This document shows, in pieces, positions 12,991 through 24,010 of a stretch of 64,000 bases of DNA. Positions within the stretch are counted from its first letter, which is position 1; every line of letters starts with the position of its first letter. The notes under the pieces are model-generated. The model was not told the origin of the DNA and did not search any database. It saw only the letters and a list, made by a program, of their open reading frames with translations. Both the position numbers and the translations under genes were made by a program. The DNA lies in assembly GCF_963921235.1 (NCBI RefSeq), contig NC_086109.1, forward strand, positions 28,832,001 through 28,896,000, read 5' to 3'. The DNA is from Mobula hypostoma (taxonomy: Eukaryota).

Positions 12991-13397
12991 GTTAAATTTG
13001 CTTTCACAGAATCTCTGTTTCTCTTAACTTATTCATTCACAGGATGTGGACAATACTAACATTGCCTGGATACATTTTCCATTCTATTTGTACTTTTTTG
13101 TAGGACGTAGCTACAGGTCAACCACATTAGTGGAGTCATATATTAGCCATAGGGTAAAGGATTTCTTTCCCTAGGGAACCAATTCAGTTCACACTTACAG
13201 TTAATGGATCCACCTAAAATTATTTGAATTTAAATTTCCCAGTAGTTATGGTGGGAGTTAAAGCTATTTTTCTGGAGATAGTTTAGACCACTAGCTTAAT
13301 AGCATATGCTCAGTGCTATCAAAGTCTTAAATGACTAATTTTCACTATATCATAGGATGGATAAATACTTCTTGTAGTAGAAACTTACCCATAACTT

Positions 13398-13505
13398 TCA
13401 ATGGTGTGACCACCGTAAGTGATGCTTGGTTAAAGAATTCACATGTGTTCCATTGTGCTCTGAGCCCGTAATCTTATCTAGTTAACAGTCTTAAAATTTT
13501 GGAAA
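13398..13505 (-). mobile_element. Small Gypsy RT fragment
   Basis: Minus strand DYGLRAQWNTCEFF/PSITYGGHTIE, homologous to 15662-15708. Confidence 0.7.
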
Positions 13506-13996
13506 TATTCCTTTTCATCCGTAATGGAAACAACAATGTCATCCACTTAACACTGAGTGCCTGGGCAGCCTTGCAGCACCTGGTCCAGAGATGGGATGAG
13601 AATTTGAGCTCAGTAGACTCATTTTTCTATTAAACTTGCTTTCCTTTTGAGTCAAGAGGAACAGATAGTACTGAAGATCATTTCTCCTCCCAAGTTCCAA
13701 GGTTCCCTTTGCCTCTACTATCTAGATTTACCTTCCTGTGTGCATGCAATGTCCTGGAGACCACACTCTGGGTTTAGATAAACGGTTTCTGCCTCCTGAT
13801 GTTAGTTGTTGCTCAGCTACTCACTACCCAATTTCTAGCCACTTGAGTCAGGTATTTGATAGTTTGGATGTCAATAAGTCAAACCATTTCAACTGTTTTT
13901 CTCTCTTAAGTGGCCAATGGTAGACTTGCTCCTGTTCCTGCCTGGGAATTTATGACTAAATCTTACTTATGCCATATTGATATTATTTGGCAATAA

Positions 13997-14353
13997 TCAA
14001 CATTGTCATTATGTGCCATGTGATATGACATCGGTGATCATAATGACCATGATTATTCTCGGCAATTCTTTCTGCAGAAATGGCTTGCCATTGCCTTCTT
14101 CTGGACAGTGCATTTACAAGACTGGTGACCCCAGCCATTATCAATACTCTTGAGAGATTTTCTGCCTGGCGCCATGGTCAGCATAACCAGGACTAGTGAT
14201 ATGCAACTGCTGTGTACCACATGCTCCTGTAACCCTGATCGTGGGGGGGCTAAGTAGATGCTATACCTTGCCCAAGTGTGACCTGCAGGCTAGCAGAGGG
14301 AAGGAGCGCCTTACACCTCCTTTGGTAGAGACATATCTCCACCCTACCACCCA
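13997..14353 (-). mobile_element. Short non-autonomous retroposon without tRNA head (RTE-related, inferred)
   Basis: 10-bp TSD ttggcaataa at 13987-13996 and 14354-14363. 3' part AATGGCAAGCCATTTCTG...CATAATGACAATG resembles RTE-type 3' ends. Hairpin-rich 5' end. Confidence 0.7.
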
Positions 14354-15359
14354 TTGGCAATAAGATTTGGTAATAAAACATAATCATTCCTTGATAAAAT
14401 CAGCTGAAAAATCTTAGCCTTTTGTTCTGCTCACGGTAATGCCATGGTGAAAAATTCACACCTTGCTGAATACACAATTGGAAGGTGAGAGTTTGAGCTG
14501 CACTATGCTTTCTCTTGTTTCATGTTAAATTGACTTAATTAAATTCATTCCCTAAACCTGATAGAAGAAGTTGGATCCATATTTGTCTAATTGCCTTGGC
14601 CATACATGGGGAAAATTAATTCTGACGTCAATTTTCTGTCAAGTTATTCACCACCCAATTTCTAAGTGAAGCTGTTGATGTTTGCCTTACTACCATCAAG
14701 TCATCCTTCTATTCAAGATTCCATTGATTAATTAGGGCATTATTTAGGGCACTAATGTTGTTATTGCATCAATTTTTTTTGAATGTCTTTACTTATCAAA
14801 TTAAATTTTCTTAACTGTGGCCCCTGATATACAGGAAACAGAACATCTTCCCATTTATGAAGTGTTTCTGCCCTGATTTAGGTCTTTAATTAATATATTA
14901 TATTTCATATTTGTTTCCCTGGATTAGTAGTTCAAACTATGAGTTATTGTGTCATTTTGAGTCACCATGCTGACCTTAGACATATGGGGTCTTTTCTCAT
15001 TTCTCTTTGGATCATCTCTGCTGTAATAGGGAGACTTTTGATTTGCATCAAGGAGAATACATAAAGAAGAGTGCACTCCTTTGTAAATTCTTCCGTTATT
15101 TCCTTTTCCAAGGGTATATGGTACATTCCATAAATATTTCCATGATTAATTGTCCTCTTGAATTCAATCTTGTAATTGTGAACTCCAGGGAACAGAGTCC
15201 ATCTCTGTATTCATGCTGCTTCTGTTAGTGGATAGAAAATGAACTGGATGAAACATTTTACACCCTAATTCAGTCTCAAGGCTTCTCTGTCAATCTCTGG
15301 ATATTTTTTCTTTGTAGCGGTAAGGGAACATGATGAAAAGTTTGTGGGGTGTTCACTTC

Positions 15360-16010
15360 CATCACTCATAACATATGACATGAATGCACATATACCATAA
15401 TGCGAGCTTTGCTAGATCATGTGGATCACAATGTGCAAGAATAATGTCTGACATCACCATTTCCTTTGTCTTTTGGAAAGCCATCTCACATTGCTTTGTC
15501 CATTGCCATTTCTTCCCAATCTATAGTAATGAATTCAAGGGATGCAGCACTATAGCCAGGTTTGACAGGAACCTATTATAATAATTGGCAAATCCTAAAA
15601 ATGACCAGATGCTTTAGGGCATCCATTGAGAATGAATATTCTCAACACACATGTATGTGGGTCAATGGTGTGGCCACAGTAAGTGATACTTGGTTTAAAG
15701 TATTCACCATTGTTGCATCATGCAATCTCCAATCAAGTTGCAGCTGCCTCAGCCAATCATGGCCCCACAATGCTGACCCCCTTTTTTTTTTACCACGTAT
15801 AAGCCCAATGTGGCTTGTTGGTTGTCTTTCACTGTTACAAATGTCATTCCCACCGAAGTCCTGTTTTCTCCAGTACAGATTCTTTGTTGAATATCTGCAG
15901 GTTTCAGTTCAGTATCTTTGAAATGCAGCTCAAACTCAGTTAATGGAATGACTGAAACAACCGAGTAGGTGTCTAATTCCATTTTAATTAATTTGTCGTT
16001 CACTTCTGGT
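15360..16010 (-). mobile_element. Deleted Gypsy pol fragment (protease, RT end, RT/RNase H connection)
   Basis: KLIKMELDTYSVVSVIP (aspartic protease), ITYCGHTID, FLGFANYYNRFLSNLAIVLHPLNSLL..KWQWTKQCEMAFQK. Confidence 0.85.
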
Positions 16011-16229
16011 GTAAGCTATATTGCTTGTCTTTTGTTAGTTTTCACACTGTAAATCTTAAGGCTACTCAGTCCTTTGTCATTCTCATCTCTGCCAGATTTT
16101 TTTCATCAACAGTGTGCAGTTTAATGCTCTTTTTGAAGTTGCAAATTGACTTTTTTTTATTTTTCTCTTCTTTGTGCGGTCTATTTATCTTTGTCTGTAT
16201 GACATGCTCTTTGTATGTATGTGTCCTAT

Positions 16230-16765
16230 TTCAGAATCAGAATTAATTTCACTGGCATATGTCGTGAAATTTGACAACTTTACAGCAGCAGTACAATGAA
16301 ATATATGATAAATATAGAGAAAAATAAACTTGAGTTACAGTAAGTATACATATGTATATTAAATAGTTAAGTGAAAATATGTAGTGTTAAAAAACATACA
16401 AAAAGTAGTGATGTACTGTTCATGGGTTCAATGTTCGTTTCGAAATCGGATAGCAGAGCGAAAGAAGCTGTTCCTGAAATGCTGAGTGTCTGCCTTCAGG
16501 CTTCTATACCTCCTTCCAGATGGTAACAATGAGAAGAGGGCATGTCCTGGGTGGTGGACATCCTTGCTGATGTATACCACCTTCCTAAGGCGCTGCTCCT
16601 TGAAGATGTCTTGTGTACTACAGAGGCTAGTACCCATGAAGGAGCTGACTAATCTTACAAGCTTTTGCAACTTACCTTAATTTGTGCAGTAGCAAACACC
16701 CACGCTCCCCCCCCCACCATACCAAACGTTGATGCAGCCAGTCAGAATGCTCACCATGGTAAATT
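16230..16765 (-). mobile_element. Rex1/Babar LINE 3' fragment
   Basis: ORF 16428..16670 HHPGHALFSLLPSGRRYRSL..FRNSFF. Confidence 0.8.
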
Positions 16766-16986
16766 CTGTTCATGCTCACTTACATTCTTCACTGCAATTC
16801 AATTGCGTCTCTATCTGCTGTTTCCATTGATACAGCTATTTCAACTGCTCACCTAAATATACATTTTGTTTCAGTTAGGAGCTGTTTTTGCCCATCACTG
16901 TACTGACAATACTCAGACAAATTCTTCGATTCTGCCCCATACATAAAATAGACTCCCCTTACTCTTGATTCCGCTCATGGAACCTA

Positions 16987-19900
16987 AAACATAGAAACAT
17001 AGAAACATAGAAAATAGGTGCAGGAGTAGGCCATTCGGCCCTTCGAGCCTGCATCGCCATTTATTATGATCATGGCTGATCATCCAACTCAGAACTCCGC
17101 CCCAGCCTTCCCTCCATACCCCCTGACCCCCGTAGCCACAAGGGCCATATCTAACTCCCTCTTAAATATAGCCCATGAACTGGCCTCAACTGTTTCCTGT
17201 GGCAGAGAATTCCACTGATTCACCACTCTCTGTGTGAAGAAGTTTTTCCTAATCTCGGTCCTAAAAGGCTTCCCCTTTATCCTCAAACTGTGACCCCTTG
17301 TTCTGGACTTCTCCAACATCGGGAACAATCTTCCTGCATCTAGCCTGTCCAATCCCTTTAGAATTTTATACGTTTCAATCAGATCCCCCCTCAATCTTCT
17401 AAATTCCAACGAGTACAAGCCCAGTTCATCCAGTCTTTCTTCATATGAAAGTCCTGCCATCCCAGGAATCAATCTGGTGAACCTTCTTTGTACTCCCTCT
17501 ATGGCAAGGATGTCTTTCCTCAGATTAGGGGACCAAAACTGCACACAATACTCCAGGTGTGGTCTCACCAAGGCCTTGTACAACTGCAGTAGTACCTCCC
17601 TGCTCCTGTACTCGAATCCTCTCGCTATAAATGCCAGCATACCGTTTGCCTTTTTCACCACCTGCTGTACCTGCATGCCCACTTTCAATGATTGGTGTAT
17701 AATGACACCCAGGTCTCGTTGCACCTCCCCTTTTCCTAATCGGCCACCATTCAGATAATAATCTGTTTTCCTATTTTTGCCACCAAAGTGGATAACTTCA
17801 CATTTATCCACATTAAATTGCATCTGCCATGAATTTGCCCACTCACCCAACCTATCCAAGTTACTCTGCATCCTCTTAGCATCCTCCTCACAGCTAACAC
17901 AGCCACCCAGCTTCGTGTCATCCGCAAACTTGGAGATGCTGCATTTAATTCCCTCATCCAAGTCATTAATATATATTGTAAACAACTGGGGTCCCAGCAC
18001 TGAGCCTTGCGGTACCCCACTAGTCACCACCTGCCATTCTGAAAAGGTCCCGTTTATTCCCACTCTTTGCTTCCTGTCTGCTAACCAATTCTCCATCCAC
18101 ATCAATACCTTACCCCCAATACCGTGTGCTTTCAGTTTGCACACTAATCTCCTGTGTGGGACCTTGTCAAAAGCCTTTTGAAAATCCAAATATACCACAT
18201 CCACTGGTTCTCCCCTATCCACTCTACTGGTTACATCCTCAAAATTTCTATGAGATTCGTCAGACATGATTTTCCTTTCACAAACCCATGCTGACTTTGT
18301 CCGATGATTTCACCGCTTTCCAAATGTGCTGTTATCACATCTTTGATAACTGACTCCAGCAGTTTCCCCACCACCGACGTTAGGCTAACCGGTCTATAAT
18401 TCCCCGGTTTCTCTCCCTCCTTTTTTAAGTGGGGTTACATTAGCCACCCTCCAATCCTCAGGAACTAGTCCAGAATCTAACGAGTTTTGAAAAATTATCA
18501 CTAATGCATCCACTATTTCTTGGGCTACTTCCTTAAGCACTCTAGGATGCAGACCATCTGGCCCTGGGGATTTATCTGCCTTCAGTCCCTTCAATTTACC
18601 TAACACCACTTCCCTACTAACATGTATTTCGCTCAGTTCCTCCATCTCACTGGATCCTCTGTCCCCTACTATTTCTGGAAGATTATTTATGTCCTCCTTA
18701 GTGAAGACAGAACCAAAGTAATTATTCAATTGGTCTGCCATGTCCTTGCTCCCCATAATAAATTCACCTGTTTCTGTCTGTAGGGGACCTACATTTGTCT
18801 TTACCAGTCTTTTCCTTTTTACATATCTATAAAAGCTTTTACAGTCAGTTTTTATGTTCCCTGCCAGTTTTCTCTCATGATCTTTTTTCCCCTTCCTAAT
18901 TAAGCCCTTTGTCCTCCTCTGCTGAACTCTGAATTTCTCCCAGTCCTCAGGTGAGCCACTTTCTCTGGCTAATTTGTATCTTCTTCTTTGGAATTGATAC
19001 TATCCCTAATTTCTCTTGTCAGCCACGGGTGCACTACCTTCCTTGATTTATTCTTTTGCCAAACTGGGATGAACAATTGTTGTAGTTCATCCATGCAACC
19101 TTTAAATGCTTGCCATTGCATACCCACCGTCAATCATTTAAGTGTCATTTGCCAGTCTATCTTAGCTAATTCATGTCTCATACTTTCAAAGTTACCCCTC
19201 TTTAAGTTCAGAACCTTTGTTTCCGAATTAACTATGTCACTCTCCATCTTAATGAAGAATTCCACCATATTATGGTCACTCTTACCCAAGGGACCTCTCA
19301 CGACAAGATTGCTAATTAACCCTTCCTCATTGCTCAAAACCCAGTCCAGAATAGCCTGCTCTCTAGTTGGTTCCTCGACATGTTCGTTCAAAAAACCATC
19401 CCGCATACATTCCAAGAAATCCTCTTCCTCAGCACCTTTACCAATTTGGTTCACCCAATCTACATGTAGATTGAAGTCACCCATTATAACTGCTGTTCCT
19501 TTATTGCACACATTTCTAATTTCCTGTTTAATACCATCTCTGACCTCACTACTACTGTTAGGTGGCCTGTACACAACTCCCACCAGCGTCTTCTGCCCCT
19601 TAGTGTTACTCAGCTCTACCCATATCGATTCCACATCTTCCCGGCTTATGTCCTTCCTTTCTATTGCGTTAATCTCTTCTTTAACCAGCAACGCCACCCC
19701 ACCTCCCCTTCTTTCATGTCTATCCCTCCTGAATATTGAATATCCCTGAACGTTGAGCTCCCATCCTTGGTCACCCTGGAGCCATGTCTCTGTGATCCCA
19801 ACTATATCATAATCATTAATAACAATCTGCACTTTCAATTCATCCACCTTATTACGAATGCTCCTTGCATTGACACACAAAGCCTTCAGGCGCTCTTTTG

Positions 19901-20037
19901 CAACTCTCTTAGCCCTTATACAATTATGTTGAAAAGTGGCCCTTTTTAATGCTTGCCCTGGATTAGTCGGCCTGCCACTTTTACTTTTCTCCTTAGTACT
20001 TTTTGCTTCTACCCTCACTTTACACCCCTCTGTCTCT
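16987..20037 (-). mobile_element. Young CR1 LINE, almost complete ORF2 with a few frameshifts
   Basis: Endonuclease ORF 19134..20096 (NARSIRNK, GITETW, GVVYRPP, GDFN, SDH), 18394..18756 (KSPGPDGLHPRVLKE), RT ORF 17089..18267 (YLDFQKAFDKV, GVPQGSVLGP, FADD). (TTTCTATG)n tail at 16987-17010. Confidence 0.96.
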
Positions 20038-20187
20038 GGTCTGCATTTTGCAATCAACAGCAGTTTCAGTTCTAAGTGTTCCAGCATTACTTTCAAATAT
20101 CAGCAAAACTCAAAGCTTTGTTGGAGCAATTCAACTTCTATGCAAATTCTATGCTCTGCCACCTAGTACATTGAAAAAATCTGGCAT

Positions 20188-20474
20188 TGTAGCGGTGTGC
20201 TACACACAGCGCTAGAATAACCACATGGAGTCGATGAGTTGGAGTTGCGATAAAGAGATTTATTCAAACTTCGCGGCCTGCTTTAAAGCCTTCCCGTTCC
20301 CGCCCTCCCTGGGGCGGGACTGCTGTGGGGAATGCATATTCCCAGACCCTTTCCGCGCACGGGATTTTCCCCCTGCTGGTGAAGATGGCCTGGCGCCCTT
20401 TTTGGGGCCGGCCCTCTGCCTGCGCGCGCTGTTTCGTGAGCCGGTTCGTGGGTGCTAGAAAATGGGTCGCCACA
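20188..20474 (-). mobile_element. Solo LTR, 287 bp, CpG-rich
   Basis: TG...CA ends (tgtagcg / cgccaca), perfect 4-bp TSD gcat, AATAAA on the minus strand near 20258. Confidence 0.85.
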
Positions 20475-21233
20475 GCATTCACTTTGCATTGACTATTTTA
20501 ATTTGCTTCAGAAATTAATCAACTCCAGAAATTAATTGAAAGAAAAACATAAGGAGACCAGGGTAAACATGTTTTTTTTTACTTTAAATGAAGCGCGCAT
20601 GGTGACATGATGATGTATGTCATTTACGTACTTTTTCATATAATCTGATGAAAGGTCATCCTGAAATGTTAACTCTGTTTGTCTTTCAACCAATGTCAAA
20701 TACTTTTAGTTTATATCACGTCAATGCAAATATTTTTCTTTGCGCATTGGTCTGAACATACCTCATTAAAGTAATATATTTCAGTCTCAAAAGAAAAGTA
20801 GAATAATCATTTTGGTGACTGCAAAGCACTTAATAGTGAAGAGTGTGCAGTGGCACAAATCAGGGTTTATTCTGAAAATAGAAACTGCTGAAGAGACACA
20901 AGTCGGACAGCATCTGTGGAGAGAGAAGTAAAGTTAATGCTTTAGGTCAACAAGCCTTCATCAGAACTGAAAAAATGTTATTTGTTCTGACTGGTCTGGC
21001 ATGACCGAAGTATTTTGGATCGTATCTTTGCCTCTATTATGATGCATATTTTAGCCTTGTTTTGACTGGTAAGCTGCAAGCTTGACTAGGTAACCTTACT
21101 CATAATGACTTTTCTGATGAGTAAGGAGATTAGTCATTCGCTTGTCATTTAAATTCAACTGCCAACCAAACGAAAAAAGAAATCTCTTTTCACTAAATAC
21201 TCAGTAATATGTAACCTTAATCCAAAAAGTATG

Positions 21234-21851
21234 TGTAAGGGGTTCTTCTTTCATGTTACTTGCTAAGGCTAATAAAATGGCTTCTCTGTAGTATTATAAT
21301 AAAATGGCTTCTCTGTAATGTTAACTGCTGATGTAAGGGGTTCTCTGTAGCAGCATGTTTGGGTTATAATTAGTGATAAAGGAACTTGTATTCCTTTGCT
21401 AACCAATTGGGACAGATGTTATTCTTTCTTGTGTATCTGAAAACTGTTTGCACAGGATTTGGTCAGAACGCACCATGGGGATGAAGAGAGAAGAAACACA
21501 CGAAGAGATACTGTGAGCTGGCTAGTGGAGCGGACTTCAAGCGAAGGCTCGGGACCTGCGGAGTTTGAAAGAAATCGAATAGTGGACTGAGGATATTGCG
21601 TGACCTCCAACTAATTATTTTTGCATGAACAGTCTAATTATTATTCTTGGCGCCTTTTTCTTTTATATTTTAGTTCTCTAACTAATCCCATAGTTCAAAT
21701 AAGAGTTATAAAGTGCATATGGTGTACTGTCTGTTATTGGGCGTTGTGGGGTACATCACATAGCATCTACGCACATTTGATCTCACAGTTTGGTGGGGCC
21801 AAAGCCTTCTCCCCCTAGACAAATGCAAGCTGAGCGAGCCTGAGGCTTACA
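21234..21851 (+). mobile_element. Probable solo LTR
   Basis: Inverted ends tgtaag / cttaca, internal short direct repeats (taataaaatggcttctctgta x2), imperfect 4-bp flanks tatg / cgtg. Confidence 0.65.
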
Positions 21852-21864
21852 CGTGTTTTGGAAT

Positions 21865-22467
21865 GAGGCCTTCCGCTGGTCAAAGTCGACCAAGTATCTT
21901 ACATCCCAGCCATCTACATGATACACAAGCCAGTACACAGGCCAGGGCAGTATGATATGGAGAGCAAGCCGTTGTCCATGTAACAGGCTCCCCCGTTCAA
22001 TGCAGATGATGAATCGAAAGGAACAGCAGAGACTGATACAGTTTGGCACTAGCCATATCACAGGATTGAGAGTCAGCATTGAAATCAACGTAAGACCACC
22101 TTAGGGACTCCAGCTTCAGACTTTTCCCCCTGGCTTTATTCCCGAAGCCTTTCTCATGAGTGGTTATAGACACAAGGCAGCAAGGATTTGAGATCCGAGT
22201 TCTCTTTCTCCTTGATGAGCTGCCAGCCTCAGCTGACGAGCCCCATCTGCCCATAGCGACTGCTCTTAAGGCACTAGTAACCCATCTTTTCCCTTCTCCT
22301 GTCAGTAGAAATGGTTCCACCGGGCTTAGTAGCTAAGCCACAAGTGAAGGCTAGGAGTTGGACTTAGTTGTCTGGGGCAATTTGAGATACACACCATTGG
22401 GAGCATTTAGTAGGTAGTGGGAGCTTATCCCTATTATCACCCCCGTTTTTGACAACCTTAAGGAACT
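21865..22467 (-). mobile_element. Non-autonomous RTE-related retroposon (about 600 bp)
   Basis: Flanking direct repeat gtgttttggaat / gtattttggaat. Shares a ~110-bp segment with the SINEs at 6140 and 56777. No ORF. Confidence 0.6.
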
Positions 22468-23799
22468 AAAGTATTTTGGAATACTGCAGGAAAAATGTAA
22501 CCCTGCCTCATAATGTTATGTTTCTAAGAATTTGCACTTAAAGTAATTGGAGCTAGCCTGGTGAATGACTGAGTAGGGAGGTTTGACTCATTTGGCTTTC
22601 TGTGGCTGGGATTACAAAAGAGCAGAGGAAAAGCCTGAGCAAAGTTCAGCTAACTTGTCCTGACAAGAGAAAACTAACATCAGAATTATCCAGAGCCAGA
22701 AGCCAAAACAGAAAAAGTTAAGTGACTTTGGAAAGTGAGAGGTAGTTTATTATCACTACTGTGAGACAAATGGTTTCCCTCATTCCTCAATAATCAAACC
22801 AGACCTATGTTTATTGTTGTTAAAATGTGGGTCCAAAACAATTGATGTTTTGATCTTTCTGAAATCAGTAAATGCCCACTCCCAGATTCCTTGGAAAATT
22901 CATGCTGGATTAATGTTACAAATTCTGTAAAACTACAGAAGCTATTTTATTGAGTCCAGCCTGCCAGCATTGTAATTGGCTTCACATATAAGAGAATCTC
23001 AAAATTCCCATGATCAGAATGCAACTTTACAACTCTATGGCACATTCAATTCCAATGGGATCCAGAGATCTTTACATAAACCCTTAATTATTGGATCCTA
23101 TCATCTGGGATAAGCCACACATGCTTCTTACAGAGTAAAATGTGGTGCACTCTTTTAAGAGGCAACACAATTACAGAACTACACATTGGGTCTGTGTATG
23201 TTGTATAAATTAACATATTTCTGATGAAATAGCTATTTCCTACTGGTTTTTATAACAAAATTAAAAGAAAAAGATATACTATAATTTTGCCATATTGTTG
23301 TTTGGCAACCCCACCTACAAATTAGTTTCTCTCTAGGCTAATATGGAAGGCTGAACACAGCAGTAAGCAGCAAATCTTTTTCTCCTGCTGCCTAAGAAAT
23401 CTCACTTCTTTATCTTTGTGTGAGTCCTATGCCATCACCACTACAGTGAATTTAAATGAGCAAAATGTGATAAGGACATTGGCTATCATAAAGAAAGCAA
23501 GGATGGGCACAGGGAACTGAAGCATTTAATGTATAGCTCAGTGGTTTAATCTTAATCACTTACATGACATAAAAAAGAAAATGCATAAATAAAAGGGCAG
23601 ATGTGCATACATTTTAGATGCTAACATGGTTTTGAAAGAATTGAAAGCTATTTTGTGTGAAACATCCCAGAGTATCCAACAATCTAGGGAAGCCCAGAGT
23701 TTTGCAATATCATGATGAATTTGTTTACTTTTGATGTGAATAGAAGCATTCCAAATTATCCTATGGTGCCATTCAGCATTAATACAAACCATTTTGTCT

Positions 23800-24010
23800 C
23801 CAACACCATAAGATATAGGAGAAGAACTAGGTTACTTGATCTACATCTGATTTATTTTTCCCCCTTGGTCTTACTTCTGCCTTCTTCCCATGACCTTAGA
23901 CACCCCTACTAATCAAGAACCCATCAGCCTCCACATTAAATACACCCAATGACCTGGCGTCCACAGCTATCGGTGGCAAAGAATTCCACAGATTCAAGAG
24001 CCTCTGGCAA
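23800..24010 (-). mobile_element. CR1 3' end fragment
   Basis: accataagatataggag...ggcaaagaattccacagattc is similar to the 3' ends of the CR1 copies at 16987 and 49165. Confidence 0.6.

Noticed and set aside
13398..15708. ~47-bp dispersed repeat containing GTAAGT (13398-13443 and 15662-15708), suggestive of duplicated or mutually exclusive exons
   Set aside because: On the minus strand both encode the Gypsy RT motif ITY(C/G)GHTI(D/E); they are retrotransposon fragments.
18988..19749. Long plus-strand ORFs (253 aa here; also 17777..18181, 34903..35475, 28102..28587)
   Set aside because: Antisense shadows of CR1 and RTE ORF2.
22300..22467. HDV-like ribozyme at the 5' end of the RTE-related element
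   Set aside because: Could not fit canonical P3/L3/P1.1 geometry by eye; kept only as a structured-RNA note.
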